Both the position numbers and the translations under genes were made by a program. DNA of 64,000 nt, taken from Candidatus Delongbacteria bacterium (lineage in GTDB: Bacteria > CAIWAD01). Below are positions 1 through 11,076 of this stretch, one piece after another. The notes below the pieces were generated by a model. The model was not told the DNA's origin and did not search any database. It saw only the letters and a program-made list of their open reading frames with translations. How positions within the stretch are numbered: the first letter of the stretch is position 1; every line of letters begins with the position of its first letter. The stretch is taken from positions 608,001 to 672,000 of the forward strand of contig OY760505.1 of the NCBI GenBank assembly GCA_963663545.1. Direction: 5' to 3'.

Positions 1-498
1 CTCGCCCTTGCGGCCGCCGCGGAAGTGGCCGTCGACCACGCCCGCCTGACGATCCACCACCTCGCTCAGCTCGGTGACGGGCAGGGCTTTCAGCTCGCTG
101 GCATCCACATAGCTGGCGCTGAAGGTCTGGTCCATCTGGACGATCTCGCGCTGGGCGATAATGGTCACAGTCTCGCCTTCGATGGCGGACACCTTCAGGA
201 CCAGGTCTTGGTGCGTGGTCAGGTCCACGCTGACGGCGACCTGCTCGGCGCGCGCGCTGGCGTAGCCCATGCTACTCGCCATCAAGGTGTAGACGCCGGG
301 CGGCAGGTTCAGGATCTGGTAGTAGCCATCCAGATCGGTGGCGCCTCCTCGCGGCTGGCCTTCGATGACAACGTTGACGCCCGCCAGGGGCTCGCCTTTA
401 TCATCGGTGACCGTGCCGGTGATTTTGCCCGTGATGCCAGCCCAAGCGGGCATGGCAATCAGCAAAGCCAACAGAAGCAAACGGATCAAGTGCTTCAT
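1..498 (-). CDS. TonB-dependent receptor, N-terminal part (truncated at window edge)
   Basis: Manual translation, not in the ORF track: MKHLIRLLLLALLIAMPAWAGITGKITGTVTDDKGEPLAGVNVVIEG...GATDLDGYYQILNLPPGVYTL...HFRGGRKGE. This gives a signal peptide, a carboxypeptidase-regulatory-like domain and the plug start. GGAGG RBS upstream. Confidence 0.85.
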   Translation of the reverse strand, partial: MKHLIRLLLLALLIAMPAWAGITGKITGTVTDDKGEPLAGVNVVIEGQPRGGATDLDGYYQILNLPPGVYTLMASSMGYASARAEQVAVSVDLTTHQDLVLKVSAIEGETVTIIAQREIVQMDQTFSASYVDASELKALPVTELSEVVDRQAGVVDGHFRGGRKGE

Positions 499-605
499 GC
501 TTTCCTCCGGAACTCGCCCGAAGTGTTTTCTTCGGGCCTTCGTATCGCGTTGTTGTTCGTACTGGAAAGCGACGGGGGCGGAGTTAGGTTCAGGCTCCCG
601 TCGAA

Positions 606-1673
606 TCACGCGGTCGGAGTCAATCGCCGACCGTTTTCGTCTCCCGCAAAAAGATGGCAGCGCGCGCTGTTCACGCCAAGGCATATGCGCTTGCCGGGAC
701 GCAGCTCCAGATCAGGCTCGAGGCGTGCCACCGCCTGAGTGCCAGCTAGCGTGAAATAGACCAGGCTCTCGTGCCCCATCTGCTCCACAACTTCCAGCTC
801 TACTTCTGGCAGCTGCTGCTCGCCGCCCTTGCTCAACAAGTCTTCGGGTCGCAGACCCAACTCGGCGGAACCAGCAGGCAGGCCGGGTCCCATGTGCAAG
901 GTGAAGCCCTCGCCGATGAAGTCCTCACCCTCGATTCTTCCAGGCAGGAAGTTCATGGACGGACTGCCGATGAAGCCAGCGACGAAGCGATTGGCCGGAG
1001 CTTCATAGAGCTGCAGCGGGCCATCGACCTGTTGTATCACACCGGCATTCATGACGACAATGCGATCGCCCAGTGTCATGGCCTCGACCTGGTCGTGTGT
1101 CACGTAGATCATGGTTGTGCCCAGGCTGCGATGCAGACGGGCGATTTCGGTGCGCATTTGCACTCGCAACTTGGCGTCCAGGTTGCTCAGCGGCTCGTCG
1201 AAAAGAAAGACCGCCGGATTGCGCACAATGGCGCGTCCCAGTGCCACACGCTGACGCTGACCACCGGACATCTCGCGCGGACGCCGCTCCAGCAGGGGTT
1301 CGATGGAAAGGATGCGCGCCGCCTCCTGCACACGCTTCACCACCTCTTCCTGCGGAGCTTTTCGCATGCGCAGGGCGAAGGCCATGTTCTCGAATACGGT
1401 CATGTGCGGATAGAGCGCGTAGTTCTGAAACACCATCGCGATGTCGCGCTCGGCGGGGGGAAGCTCGTTGACCAGGCGCTCGCCGATGCGGATCTCGCCC
1501 GAGGTCACTTCTTCGAGGCCCGCGATCAGGCGCAGCGTTGTCGACTTGCCGCAGCCCGAAGGCCCCACAAGCACAACGAACTCGCCGTCATTCACTTCCA
1601 GGTTTTGATGGTGTACCGCCTCAAAGCCGTTGGGGTAACGCTTATAGAGGTCACGCAGGATGATACCGGCCAA
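606..1673 (-). CDS. Carbohydrate ABC transporter ATP-binding subunit (MalK/UgpC/MsmK family)
   Basis: Walker [23 protein letters not shown], signature [21 protein letters not shown]-terminal TOBE-like region. Confidence 0.93.
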   Translation of the reverse strand: MAGIILRDLYKRYPNGFEAVHHQNLEVNDGEFVVLVGPSGCGKSTTLRLIAGLEEVTSGEIRIGERLVNELPPAERDIAMVFQNYALYPHMTVFENMAFALRMRKAPQEEVVKRVQEAARILSIEPLLERRPREMSGGQRQRVALGRAIVRNPAVFLFDEPLSNLDAKLRVQMRTEIARLHRSLGTTMIYVTHDQVEAMTLGDRIVVMNAGVIQQVDGPLQLYEAPANRFVAGFIGSPSMNFLPGRIEGEDFIGEGFTLHMGPGLPAGSAELGLRPEDLLSKGGEQQLPEVELEVVEQMGHESLVYFTLAGTQAVARLEPDLELRPGKRICLGVNSARCHLFAGDENGRRLTPTA

Positions 1674-1979
1674 TTTCGGTCCTCCAGCCCTGTTGTATTA
1701 CGCCGCCTGTGACAAGCGATATGGGGGCCGGATCACGGTTCATGGATTCGTAATCCGGAGTGGTTCCACGTCAAATGTAACAAGAAGACGCTGAGGTTAA
1801 AACAGAGTAAAGAATAGATGTGGTCGTCCGGCAGCTTTGGACCGGCTTCAAACTCGCCGGTCTTTTTCCGCGCTTTCCTGATGATGGTGCAAAGGCATTA
1901 AGGTGAGATGCGGCTACGCGTGTAGCACAAGGAAAGGTCTTCTCCGGGGCGGTGGAAATCGCAACGAAGCGGAGTTGAA

Positions 1980-2807
1980 TCAGGGCAGATGCGGAGCGAT
2001 GTCCGCCAGTCCGTGATACTCCAGAGCCGCCATCGCCGCGCGGGTCAGGGGTCCGGGTACCTGATCGAAGCAACGATCGCCCAGACGGCGCAGCGGACGG
2101 ATACCGGTAGCCGAAGAAGCCAGGAAAGCCTCGCTGACGCGATCCAGCTCGCCACGATGTATCACGCGTGTCTGCGGATTCAGCTTGGGGTCAGCCAGCA
2201 GCACACCGCGACCGATTCCCGGCAGCAGGCCGAGTTCCTGTGGAGGTGTTACCAGCGCGCCTTCCAGGGCGACAAAGACATTGCCGCGACAGCCTTCCAG
2301 CAGTCGTTCGGCCTCGTCCACCAACACCAGATCTTCGCTATCGGTGTGACGTCGACGGAGCTGTTCCTTGAAGATGTTGCTGATCATACTGTGCCTGGCC
2401 AGCGGATCGCGATCGCGATTGTTCACCGGCGCCAATCCTGCGGCCAGCACGCCGTGTTCAGGCGGATCATCCAGCAGCATCAGCAGGCTTTCGTGTGTAT
2501 CACCGGGTTGGCCGTGCCGGAAAAGCAGCAGATGCAGCAGCCCTTGCTCACGCAGATTGCCGGTCATCAGGTTGTCAATGGCAGTACGAATGCGGACGTT
2601 GTCCAGCTCCTGCTGGTAGCCGAATTGCGCCGCCGACCAGCGCAGGCGCTCCAGGTGCCGGTCCAGAAAGACGGGCACGGTCTCCATGACCGGCAGTGTC
2701 TCACGCAGGGTATCGCCCACCAGCAAGGCGGGGCTGTGAATACCCAGCGCAACATTACGACTGCGCTGGATGCGGTAGTCCAGGATGCAATAGCGTGCGG
2801 TCGCCAT
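1980..2807 (-). CDS. Aminotransferase class IV / aminodeoxychorismate lyase-like protein (divergent)
   Basis: HLERL, EGxxxNVF, LLPGIGR and EAFLASS motifs typical of the PabC/IlvE fold. Confidence 0.75.
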   Translation of the reverse strand: MATARYCILDYRIQRSRNVALGIHSPALLVGDTLRETLPVMETVPVFLDRHLERLRWSAAQFGYQQELDNVRIRTAIDNLMTGNLREQGLLHLLLFRHGQPGDTHESLLMLLDDPPEHGVLAAGLAPVNNRDRDPLARHSMISNIFKEQLRRRHTDSEDLVLVDEAERLLEGCRGNVFVALEGALVTPPQELGLLPGIGRGVLLADPKLNPQTRVIHRGELDRVSEAFLASSATGIRPLRRLGDRCFDQVPGPLTRAAMAALEYHGLADIAPHLP

Positions 2808-3248
2808 TCAGTCCTCCCCGGTCTTCCACCATTTCGTGATACGCCCAGCCGTTTCCGCAGGCGTCTCTCCCGCCGGAACTTTTAGCACTGGTAGCGTGGC
2901 CAGAATCGCCGGATGTGCAATTGCCTCCGGGTCGCACTCCATCGATCTAGCCGGTGCCAACACGAGGGCGCGCACTCTCGCCAACACTTCCATCGTACAC
3001 AACGCTACCTGCTCGTGATTCAAGGTCAACACCACACGGCTTGCACCAAACTCAGCCTCAATCACACTCTGCATCAGTGTGTCACGAGCGTCCGGTCCCA
3101 ACAGGGCTTTCAACAATGGATTCAGGTTTGTATCACACAGACGGGCATCGTGCTCCAGATCAAGGAACGAGTACCCGATCGCCCTGGCCACCAGCGGCGC
3201 CAGCGTGCTTTTGCCCGCTCCGTCTGGTCCCAGCAGCAGGACCGGCAT
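2808..3248 (-). CDS. Small P-loop kinase, shikimate kinase-like (divergent)
   Basis: N-terminal LLGPDGAGKSTLAPLVARAIGYSFLDL; co-oriented between greA and the aminotransferase gene. Confidence 0.6.
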   Translation of the reverse strand: MPVLLLGPDGAGKSTLAPLVARAIGYSFLDLEHDARLCDTNLNPLLKALLGPDARDTLMQSVIEAEFGASRVVLTLNHEQVALCTMEVLARVRALVLAPARSMECDPEAIAHPAILATLPVLKVPAGETPAETAGRITKWWKTGED

Positions 3249-3273
3249 GCCGGCGGTCGTGCTCAGCCTGCGC

Positions 3274-3747
3274 CTAGTCGATGGCTTCGATTTTGAGGAC
3301 TTCGTACTTCACCATGCCTGCAGGCACTTCAATCTCAGCCTGCTCGCCCACCTTCTTGCCCATCAGGCCCTTGGCGATGGGGCTGGACACCGAAATCTTG
3401 CCCTTCATGATGTCCATCTCTTCGGGCTCCACCAGGCTGAAAATCACCTCGCGGTTCCGGTTGAGATCCTGCAGGGTGATTTTGGTGAAGACCTTGACGC
3501 TGCCCAGGTCGATCTCATGCTCATCCACAATGCGTGCGGTTGCCAGGCGATCCTCGAGCTTGCTGATCTTGTACATCAGCATGCTTAACTCTTCCCGCGC
3601 CGAATGGTACTCGGCATTCTCGGAAAGGTCACCCATGTCGCGGGCTGCGGCAATCCGGTCGCGGATGGCCGGCTGCTGCACTTCGCGCATGTCGCGCAGT
3701 TCTTCCTGCAGCTTGTTGTACACCTTGCGGGTGATCACAGTACTCAA
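3274..3747 (-). CDS. greA: Transcription elongation factor GreA
   Basis: GDLSENAEY motif and ISVSSPIAKGLMGK. Confidence 0.95.
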   Translation of the reverse strand: MSTVITRKVYNKLQEELRDMREVQQPAIRDRIAAARDMGDLSENAEYHSAREELSMLMYKISKLEDRLATARIVDEHEIDLGSVKVFTKITLQDLNRNREVIFSLVEPEEMDIMKGKISVSSPIAKGLMGKKVGEQAEIEVPAGMVKYEVLKIEAID

Positions 3748-4025
3748 CGAAACCTTCCTTTCGGCTCACTGGGTGCGTCGCGCCATCCACCGGGCGGAGC
3801 GCCATAGAAAATGGCGCCAGCGTGCTTGCGCTGGCGCCACCAATGGTCTTGCTGATGTTGTCGTTTCGCGATCAACGCCCTCAAAATAGCGAATGCAGAA
3901 TTCCTGGCAAGAAGAATCGCGCGGTCCTGCACTCGCCCCTCGTCTTCGTTCATCGGGCTTGGACCTGCTGTACTATATTTGGCGGTTTCGGATTCGAACC
4001 CATTTGAGCAAGGACGGGAGCCGGT

Positions 4026-5465
4026 ATGGCAAAGAACATTACATCTCGCGAACAGGACTACTCCCAGTGGTATCTGGACGTCATCAAAGCTGGCGAGCTG
4101 GCGGATTACGCACCAGTTAAGGGCTGCATGGTCATTCGCCCGACAGGCTACGCCCTGTGGGAGAGCATTCAGCAGGATCTGGATCGCCGCTTCAAAGAGA
4201 CGGGACACGTGAACGCCTACTTCCCCTTGCTGATTCCGGAAAGTTTCATGACCAAGGAAGCGGAGCACGTCGAGGGCTTCGCGCCCGAGTGCGCGGTTGT
4301 GACACACGGCGGCGGCAGCCTGCTCGAGGAGCCACTCTACGTGCGCCCCACCAGCGAAACGGTCATCGGCCACATGTACGCCAAGTGGCTCAACAGCTAC
4401 CGCGATCTGCCCATTCTGATCAATCAGTGGGCCAACGTGATGCGCTGGGAAATGCGCACGCGCCTCTTTTTGCGCACCACGGAATTCCTCTGGCAGGAAG
4501 GTCACACGGCGCACGAGAGCGAGCAAGAAGCCGTGGACGAGACTCTGCAGATGCTGGAAGTGTATCGCGCTTTTGCCGAGGACTACCTGGCCATTCCGGT
4601 GCGCACAGGGCAGAAGACCGAAAACGAGAAGTTTCCCGGCGCCGTGGCCACCTACTGCATCGAAGGCATGATGCAGGACGGCAAAGCGCTGCAGATGGGC
4701 ACCAGCCACTTTCTGGGCCAGAATTTCGCCAAGGCCTTTGAGATCAAATTCCTGGGTCGCGAAAATACCGAGCAGTGCGCGTGGACGACGAGCTGGGGTG
4801 TTTCCACTCGTCTGATCGGCGCTTTGATCATGGCGCACAGCGACGATGACGGTCTTGTCCTGCCGCCGCGCATGGCTCCCACCAAGGCTGCCATTGTGCC
4901 TTTGTGGAAGAACGCCGACGAGCAGGCGGCTGTCGAACCGCACGCGCGTCGTGCTGAAGCGCTGCTGAAGGAAAAACTGGGGCCCCTCTGTGTTGCCTGG
5001 GACGCAGACGCTGAAATCAAGCGGCCCGCCGACCGTTTCTTCCGCTGGGCGCAGCGCGGAGTGCCCTGCCGTCTGGAGATCGGCCCTCGTGATGCAAGCG
5101 AAGGCAAAGTTTGTCTTGTCACACGCCACGATCGCCAGAAGCGTTTTCTCACGCTGGACGAGCTGCAGGCACAAATCACCGGCATCCTCGAGCAGATGCA
5201 AAAAGATCTCTTCGACCAAGCCTTGGCACGCCGCGAAGCCAATACCGTTAGTGTCGACACGTGGGACGAGTTCCAGACGGCAATCAAAGCTGGAAAGTGG
5301 GTCAACGCCCACTGGGACGGCGACGGTGAGACCGAGTTGAAGATCAAGGAGCTGACCAAGGCTACCATCCGCTGCATCCCCTTTGATGCAAAGGAAGAAA
5401 CGGGAGCTTGCGTCTACAGCGGCAAGCCCAGCAAGCACCGCGTGATCTTCGCGCTCTCCTACTGA
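4026..5465 (+). CDS. proS: Proline--tRNA ligase (short archaeal/eukaryote-like type)
   Basis: [35 protein letters not shown]-terminal ATIRCIP...Y. Confidence 0.96.
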   Translation: MAKNITSREQDYSQWYLDVIKAGELADYAPVKGCMVIRPTGYALWESIQQDLDRRFKETGHVNAYFPLLIPESFMTKEAEHVEGFAPECAVVTHGGGSLLEEPLYVRPTSETVIGHMYAKWLNSYRDLPILINQWANVMRWEMRTRLFLRTTEFLWQEGHTAHESEQEAVDETLQMLEVYRAFAEDYLAIPVRTGQKTENEKFPGAVATYCIEGMMQDGKALQMGTSHFLGQNFAKAFEIKFLGRENTEQCAWTTSWGVSTRLIGALIMAHSDDDGLVLPPRMAPTKAAIVPLWKNADEQAAVEPHARRAEALLKEKLGPLCVAWDADAEIKRPADRFFRWAQRGVPCRLEIGPRDASEGKVCLVTRHDRQKRFLTLDELQAQITGILEQMQKDLFDQALARREANTVSVDTWDEFQTAIKAGKWVNAHWDGDGETELKIKELTKATIRCIPFDAKEETGACVYSGKPSKHRVIFALSY

Positions 5466-5483
5466 TTCGAATACGTATCACTG

Positions 5484-5512
5484 AAAAAGGGCCGGAAATT
5501 CCGGCCCTTTTT
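5484..5512. terminator. Bidirectional intrinsic terminator
   Basis: AAAAAGGGCCGGAAATTCCGGCCCTTTTT inverted repeat between convergent genes. Confidence 0.85.
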
Positions 5513-5534
5513 GTCTCACAGATCTCCGGCTGTG

Positions 5535-8195
5535 TTACAACCTGTCGCGATCGCGCTCCAGAATCACTTCGATGCGCACCAGGCAGTCGGCAATGTGCGC
5601 CTGTGTCACACGGTCCAGATCCTGCTGCTGCCAGCGCTTGAGCTGCGCACTGACGGTTGTCAGATCAGCACGCGTCATCATGCGGATCTCGTCGGACAAA
5701 CGCGGCACCTCCAACATCAGCATGCCCAGTAGATCCAGATGCAGACGCTGCATACCGCGATAGGAGAAATCCTGGGCCGGTGCTTTCCAGATGCGCTTAC
5801 GCACTGAGCTGAAATGCTCATCCAGAGTGTAGGCCTGCGGATAGTTGCTCGCAATCTCCACCACACGCTCCAGCCTGTCAGGACGGTACAAGTCAATCAC
5901 GCTGTTCATGCGGTACTTCAACAGCACGGTATTGAAATCGTAGAGATAGGGCCATTTGCGACTCAGGCTCTCGCCCCAGCTCCAGCCGGGGCCCATCAGC
6001 TCACGCTGTTCGCGGCTTAGTTGCCAGAGCTCATCGTCAAAGGTCTCGTCAAGAAGCAGCTTGATCATGGATCGTACTTCGGAAGCCTCATATGGTGCAG
6101 CTGGCACTAGTCCCTGACCGTAAGGCTCGCGTCGCAGATGTACGGCACCGGTGTATCCAGCAAGCGCATTCACCACACCCCAGTAACGCTCGACGCTGCG
6201 CTCAATGACAGCGCGATAAAGGCCCGGGTCATCGCCTTCCTCCAGAATACGCGACGGATCCATTTGCAGAATCTTGCGGGTCAGCTCGCGCTGGTTGGCC
6301 ACCCAGGCCGCCTCGTCGCTGCCCATGTCAAAGACACGCGTGCGCGGGTCCACACCGCCGTAGCCATCCTCGTCGGTGCTGTACCACAGTGCGGGCTCCG
6401 TTGTCGAACGACTGGCAATGGAGTTCAGAAACTCCTTCTCCTCCGAGGGATGATCCGCGCCAGAAGGCGTGTAACCGTACTGAATGGCCCAGATATCGTA
6501 GGGACCGATGTTCTGGCTGAAATAGTCGCCCTGCCGCTCACGGTCCGCGATAACGGTGATGGGATCGTACTCCATGATCGAGGACACCATGCCCTGCCGT
6601 CGCGTGATACTTGTATCACAGAGCTGCTCGAAGCTGAGCATGCGGCTGCCAGCAAAGTTGTGACGCAATCCTAGCGTATGACCCACTTCGTGGGCAATTA
6701 GCGCCACCAGGTACTGGCGCACGACTTCTTCCTCCTCTTCGTCGGTAAAGGGAAGATCGCCAGCTGCAGCAGCCACGGAAGCAAAGAAGCAGTCGTCCCT
6801 GGTATTCTGTTCGAGCTGTGTCACGCGCTCTTGCTGTAGCTCGTGATACTCAGCGGAAGCTGGATCCAAAAGCCACTCATCAAAGTGCATCCGCAGCAGA
6901 TCATCGGCACTGCCGTTATCCAGCGGTCTCACGCTGCGATACCAGCCCACTGCGTTGCGGCGCATCATGTCGGCTTCCACCAGGACATCGGCGTTCAGCA
7001 ATTCACCCGTGTAGGGATTGGCCTGGCTGGGGCCCATGGCGCCAAAAGCCGGGTCGCTGCTGCTGATCCAGCGAATGGTGTTGTAGCGAATGTCGGCGGG
7101 ATCCCAATCGGCGTCGTCCGGCTGCTGCTTGACGACCACTGCGTTCTTGAATCCGGCGGCCTCGAAAGCCTGATTCCAGAGCAGCAGGCCTTGTGTCACA
7201 TAAGGACGATACTCTTCCGGAATGGTGTTTTCCAGCCAGAAGACAATGGGCTTGACCGGTTCAGAAAGGGGCGCTTCTGGATCCTTCTTCTGCAGATTCC
7301 AGCGCTTGATCACTTCAATCTGCGGTTCCCGCTCGGTGTCATCACCCCATTCGCGCCATGACATTGTGAAGTAGCCCACACGGTCATCCTTGTAGCGCGG
7401 CACATAGTCGGTGCGCGGCAACTCGCAGATGCTGAAACGTATCACCAGCTCAATAGCGTTGCGAACGGCTGAACCCGGCGACCACCCCTTGGGATCATCG
7501 GTGCGATAGGTCTGACGTGCGCCGATCTCCAGGTTCTGCTCAAAGGACTTCAGCAAGGAGTAATCGCTCTGCGCATCGTCCAGCCAATAGCGTGTATGAA
7601 AAGTGCTGTTCAAGTCATTGGCGAGACCAAGAAAATCGCCCAGTGCCCAGTCGTCGAGCTTGACCAGCCAGCTACCGCGTTCGGGCTCTGGTGCCGAGGC
7701 GATGGTCCAGGAAAAGACGGGGCTGTCGACGCGGCTGCCCTCCACCATTTTCTGCGCTGCGCTACCAGGCTTCGAGCGGATGCGTGTATGCTGCAGGACA
7801 ACGCGGATTTGATCGCGCTGGTGCTGGAGCTGAAAGGTGGCGTGCTGCTCCAGCATGCCCGCCGTCCAGCCGGGAAAGCCTAGACCGCTCTCGCGTGTGA
7901 CATGCAGGATGTACTCGCGACCAAGTTGGTCGGGTGATACTTCCAGCCAGGCGACACCTGTCTTTGGATTGTGATACACGTTGAACAGACCGGCCAGCGT
8001 GTCACAGTCGGCGATCACTTCAGCAAAGGGAGTGCCGTCCTCGTGTGAAGCTGACGCATCCTCCGTGACTTCCGGTGCGGGCGTGGGTAGATAGGGCGAA
8101 CTGAATACGTCTTGCATGAAGCCTGCAGCCAGCAAGCGACCGCAGAGCACTACTCCCAATGTGAGTCGAAAGGCAATGGACATGACGTTCTCCAT
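5535..8195 (-). CDS. Secreted zinc-dependent metalloprotease (metzincin; DUF5117/DUF4953-like)
   Basis: Signal peptide, KPIVFW, DIRYNTIRW, HEVGHTLGLRHN zinc motif, SIMEY Met-turn. Confidence 0.88.
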   Translation of the reverse strand: MENVMSIAFRLTLGVVLCGRLLAAGFMQDVFSSPYLPTPAPEVTEDASASHEDGTPFAEVIADCDTLAGLFNVYHNPKTGVAWLEVSPDQLGREYILHVTRESGLGFPGWTAGMLEQHATFQLQHQRDQIRVVLQHTRIRSKPGSAAQKMVEGSRVDSPVFSWTIASAPEPERGSWLVKLDDWALGDFLGLANDLNSTFHTRYWLDDAQSDYSLLKSFEQNLEIGARQTYRTDDPKGWSPGSAVRNAIELVIRFSICELPRTDYVPRYKDDRVGYFTMSWREWGDDTEREPQIEVIKRWNLQKKDPEAPLSEPVKPIVFWLENTIPEEYRPYVTQGLLLWNQAFEAAGFKNAVVVKQQPDDADWDPADIRYNTIRWISSSDPAFGAMGPSQANPYTGELLNADVLVEADMMRRNAVGWYRSVRPLDNGSADDLLRMHFDEWLLDPASAEYHELQQERVTQLEQNTRDDCFFASVAAAAGDLPFTDEEEEEVVRQYLVALIAHEVGHTLGLRHNFAGSRMLSFEQLCDTSITRRQGMVSSIMEYDPITVIADRERQGDYFSQNIGPYDIWAIQYGYTPSGADHPSEEKEFLNSIASRSTTEPALWYSTDEDGYGGVDPRTRVFDMGSDEAAWVANQRELTRKILQMDPSRILEEGDDPGLYRAVIERSVERYWGVVNALAGYTGAVHLRREPYGQGLVPAAPYEASEVRSMIKLLLDETFDDELWQLSREQRELMGPGWSWGESLSRKWPYLYDFNTVLLKYRMNSVIDLYRPDRLERVVEIASNYPQAYTLDEHFSSVRKRIWKAPAQDFSYRGMQRLHLDLLGMLMLEVPRLSDEIRMMTRADLTTVSAQLKRWQQQDLDRVTQAHIADCLVRIEVILERDRDRL

Positions 8196-8227
8196 ACCGC
8201 TGCATTCACCTTGCAGGGGACATTCGG

Positions 8228-10897
8228 TTATAGTCGATCGAGGTCGCGCTCAAGCGCCGCCTCGATTCGCGTAATACACTCATCGATGTGAGCGCGTGTC
8301 ATTCTATCAAGACCATTCCGCTGTTTCCAACTCAGCAAGCGAGTTCTGGCACTAACCAACGAAGCGCGCGCCATAGTACGAGCGTCGGAAGGGGCAAGGG
8401 CAGAGTCGAACATCAGCAGCTGCATCATGGAAATGTGACTCAATTGCAAACCACGGAAGCCCGTATCACGGGGACACTCCTTCCAGATGCGATCGAAGAT
8501 GGCTGTGAAGTGTTCGTCCAAAGTGTACGCCACACTTCCACGTGAGTTCAGGTCAACGATGCGCTGCAAACGCAGGGGTGCGTAACACGCCGCCAGAATC
8601 TCCATGCGTTTGCTCAGCAGATAGTTGTCGAAATCCGGAATATGATGGAAATGGCGGTCGTGATACTTCAGGTTCCAGTTCCAGTTCGGTCCCATCAACT
8701 CCCACTGCCGTTCCGATAGCGACCACAATTTCTGATCAAAAGTGTACTCCAGAAGTAGGGCTATCATTGGACGAATCTCTTCCGCCGTGTACGGCTGGGC
8801 CGGCACAACGCCCTGCCCAAAGGGCTCGCGACGCAGGTGCAGTGCGCCTCCGTAAAGCGTCAGGCCTTCCACATCATACCAGTAGGAGTCCGCCGCCGCC
8901 ATCACCATGTCACGATAGTGGCCGGGATCTTCCCCGGGCTGCAGCATGCTGGCGGGATCGGCGCTCAGCACCTTTTGCAACAGCGCACGACGGTTACGCA
9001 ACAGGGCGGCATCATCACAGCTCATATCCATCTGACGTGCCGCCGGGTCTACCGCAGAACCAATGAAATCCCAGGAATCATCATCGGTGGCATAGCGCAG
9101 GGCGGGGTCCGTTGTGCTACGCGCTGCGATTCGATTCAATGCCTCCCGCTCCTCCTGGGGTTCGCTCGCACCAAAGGGCGTGTAGCCCCACTCAATGGCC
9201 CAGCGGTCATAGGGTCCCGTCACCTGTGGGAAGTAGTCGCCCTGCTGCTGTGGGTCCGCCATCAGCGCTACCTTGACGTAATCCATCACGGAGGCAATCA
9301 TCCCGCATTCGTGGGTGAGAGATGTATCACCAAGCTGCTCGAACGCAAGCATGCGACTACCGAAGAAATTGTGTCGTAGTCCAAAAGTGTGCCCCACTTC
9401 GTGCATCACCATGAAGCGCAAATACTGGCGCACGAAGGCATCGCGCTCTTCCACATTCAGCGGCATGCCATTGGCACGGGCCGATGCGTCAAGAGTGGCC
9501 AAGCCTGCACGCTGCATGCTCTGCATCTCCTGCTGGCGGCGCTCCCGCAACGGCTCCAGCTCCGGCGAATCCGTTGTCAGCGACCACTCCTGCTCCAGTC
9601 GCTTCAGCAGTCTATCCGGAGTGTGGAGCGGCTCCTGCTGTGATCCACCCAGCGCCAGTGGTTGAATGGCCTCCTGCCACATCTGCTGTAGTTGGCGTAC
9701 TACATCCCCCTCCACCAGCACATCGGCGTTGAGGATTTCTCCGGTGTAGGGATTGGACTGGCTGGGGCCCATGGCGACGAAATCGATGTCGCGACTCGTG
9801 ATCCAACGAATGGTGTTGTAGCGAATGTCCGCCGGATCCCAGTCGGCGTCATCGGGCTGCTGGCGTACCTCGACCGCATTGAGGAAGCCAGCCTGTTCAA
9901 AGGCCTTGTTCCAGGCTAAAATGCCATCGCGTAATACATCGCGGTATTCGTAGGGAACGGTGTTTTCCAGCCAGAAGACGATGGGTTTGACGGGCTCGGA
10001 GAGTGCCGCGTCGGGATGCTTCTTCTCCAGATGCCAACGCTCAATGAAATAGTTGAAAGGATTCTCCCTCTGACCATCGCCCCAGACTCGCTGCAGACCC
10101 AAGAAGTAGCCTACGCGCTCGTCCTGCCAGCGTGCTACATAGTTGCTTTCCGGCAGGAAAGACAAGCTGTAGCGCAGCTCCAGTTCCAGGGTGGAACCCC
10201 ATTCGTACCTCGGGAAGCTTGTCTCGTACACCAGTCGCGCGCCGATTTCGACGTTCTCCGCGAAAGACTTCAGCAAAGAGTAATCACAGCGATCGCGCAA
10301 GGGGTGCACACTCGTCCGCAGACGCTCACCCATCTTGCCGGAAAAACGGTTGTGCTCGTCCAGTGCCCAGTCGTCCAATTTGATCAGATAGCTGCCGCGT
10401 TCCGGCTCCGGTGCGGACTCGAGATCCCAGCTCCAGATCACGCTGTCAGTGGTGGAGCGGTCGACGGCGGCAGCAAGAGGTGATCCATCGGCGACAACCG
10501 CATAAGGATAGGGAACAAGCAGATCGATATGCTCGTGACGCTTGACGAGCCTGGCAACGATGTTCTCAAGGGGCAATCCTGCGACCAGGCCCGCAAAGCC
10601 CAGTCCTTGCTCGAGCGTTGTGGAAATCAACAGATCCCGGTTCAATTGATCCGGCGCAACCTCCATCCAGCACTCACCGGTCTTCTCCTTGTGATACAGG
10701 GTAAACAGACCGGCCAGCGTATCACAGTCGGCGACCACCTCTGCAAAGGGCGTTCCCTCCTCTGCAGGAGCTTCTTTAATCTCCGGTGCTGCAGGCGTGG
10801 GAAGATAAGGTGAGCTGAATACGTCTTGTACAAAGCCAGCGGCATAAGAGATGCCAATCGCAGACAAAACAGTTGTGATACGCAGAATGATATGCAT
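8228..10897 (-). CDS. Secreted zinc-dependent metalloprotease, tandem paralogue
   Basis: HEVGHTFGLRHN and SVMDY; colinear with 5535..8195. Confidence 0.88.
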   Translation of the reverse strand: MHIILRITTVLSAIGISYAAGFVQDVFSSPYLPTPAAPEIKEAPAEEGTPFAEVVADCDTLAGLFTLYHKEKTGECWMEVAPDQLNRDLLISTTLEQGLGFAGLVAGLPLENIVARLVKRHEHIDLLVPYPYAVVADGSPLAAAVDRSTTDSVIWSWDLESAPEPERGSYLIKLDDWALDEHNRFSGKMGERLRTSVHPLRDRCDYSLLKSFAENVEIGARLVYETSFPRYEWGSTLELELRYSLSFLPESNYVARWQDERVGYFLGLQRVWGDGQRENPFNYFIERWHLEKKHPDAALSEPVKPIVFWLENTVPYEYRDVLRDGILAWNKAFEQAGFLNAVEVRQQPDDADWDPADIRYNTIRWITSRDIDFVAMGPSQSNPYTGEILNADVLVEGDVVRQLQQMWQEAIQPLALGGSQQEPLHTPDRLLKRLEQEWSLTTDSPELEPLRERRQQEMQSMQRAGLATLDASARANGMPLNVEERDAFVRQYLRFMVMHEVGHTFGLRHNFFGSRMLAFEQLGDTSLTHECGMIASVMDYVKVALMADPQQQGDYFPQVTGPYDRWAIEWGYTPFGASEPQEEREALNRIAARSTTDPALRYATDDDSWDFIGSAVDPAARQMDMSCDDAALLRNRRALLQKVLSADPASMLQPGEDPGHYRDMVMAAADSYWYDVEGLTLYGGALHLRREPFGQGVVPAQPYTAEEIRPMIALLLEYTFDQKLWSLSERQWELMGPNWNWNLKYHDRHFHHIPDFDNYLLSKRMEILAACYAPLRLQRIVDLNSRGSVAYTLDEHFTAIFDRIWKECPRDTGFRGLQLSHISMMQLLMFDSALAPSDARTMARASLVSARTRLLSWKQRNGLDRMTRAHIDECITRIEAALERDLDRL

Positions 10898-10999
10898 AGC
10901 CTGTCTCCGGATTATTGATTCCCTCTACCCCAATGCTGTCGATTCCTTTTGCGGCGAGCGCTTTAAGGTGGCAAAGCGATAGCTGGATTGCAGGAGATC

Positions 11000-11024
11000 A
11001 AAGCGGGAACCCGAAGGTCCCCGC
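11000..11024 (-). terminator. Intrinsic terminator after the pyr operon
   Basis: Minus strand GCGGGGACC-TTCG-GGTTCCCGC-TTT. Confidence 0.65.
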
Positions 11025-11076
11025 AAAATGATTCTCGTGCTACGGCGCACCGGCGCAGGTAGGAGGCAGCCGTTGA

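Noticed and set aside
3744..5438. 564-aa ORF antisense to proS (likewise 25..738, 17872..19644, 33180..34574 and 61763..63583)
   Set aside because: Shadow ORFs opposite well-supported genes, as expected from GC-rich codon bias
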